A program made the translations under genes and the position numbers. Below are positions 63,620 to 64,000 of a stretch of 64,000 nt of DNA, one piece after another (the stretch's first letter is position 1; every line of letters starts with the position of its first letter). This DNA comes from Felis catus. Lineage: Eukaryota. The notes beneath the pieces were generated by a model, which was given only the letters and a program-made list of their open reading frames with translations, ran no database searches and was not told the DNA's origin. The stretch is taken from contig NC_058369.1 in NCBI RefSeq assembly GCF_018350175.1, positions 1,862,001-1,926,000 on the forward strand, given 5' to 3'.

Positions 63620-64000
63620 TTGTTTTTAATGTTTTATTGATTTTTGAGAGACAGAGAGCGTGAGTGGGGAGGAACAGAGAGAGAGGAGGGCAGAAGATCC
63701 GAAGTGGGTTATGTGCTGAGAGCAGCAAGCCTGATGCGGGGCTCAAACTCATGAACTGTGAGATCATGACCTGAGCCTAAGTTGGACACTCAATCAACTG
63801 AGCCACCCAGGTATCCCAGTTAGTTCTATTTTTAACTTAAAAAAATTTTTTTAATGTTTTATTTATTTTTGACAGAGAGAGAGAGACAGAGCATGAGCGG
63901 GGGAGGGTCAGAGAGAGAGGGAGACACAGAATCCGAAGCAGGCTCCAGGCTCTGAGCCATCAGCACAGAGCCCGATGCGGGGCTCGAACTCACAGACCGC
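63620..64000 (-). mobile_element. two SINECs (second runs off window)
   Basis: Can-SINE consensus. Confidence 0.9.

Overview
Mammalian genomic DNA, felid (cat-like) judging by the dense SINEC_Fc/Can-SINEs and a felid-type L1. The window covers part of the KRAB zinc-finger cluster that I recognise as orthologous to human 19p13.3. It contains ZNF554 (+, four exons at 8055-15275, 7 C2H2 fingers; exon 1 not seen) and a complete ZNF555 (+, 23149-37555, 624 aa, 15 fingers). It also contains the paralogous promoter and ATG exon of a third KRAB-ZNF (~56.1-56.4 kb), and two mutually paralogous CpG-island promoters (41 kb, 51 kb) with no coding exons I can assign. The main observations are: (1) ZNF554 exon 4 is one base short, giving a predicted KRAB-only protein when included and a full-length protein when skipped, unless this is a homopolymer error; (2) a tandemly duplicated splice donor in ZNF554 exon 2; (3) a perfect minus-strand donor at the 41 kb promoter pointing at the ZNF555 3' end; (4) a young L1 with an uninterrupted ORF2 remnant; (5) serial reuse of SINE target sites and a possible SINE 3' transduction. 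Gene and repeat family names come from my recall of the sequences, not from a database search. Repeat boundaries are approximate.
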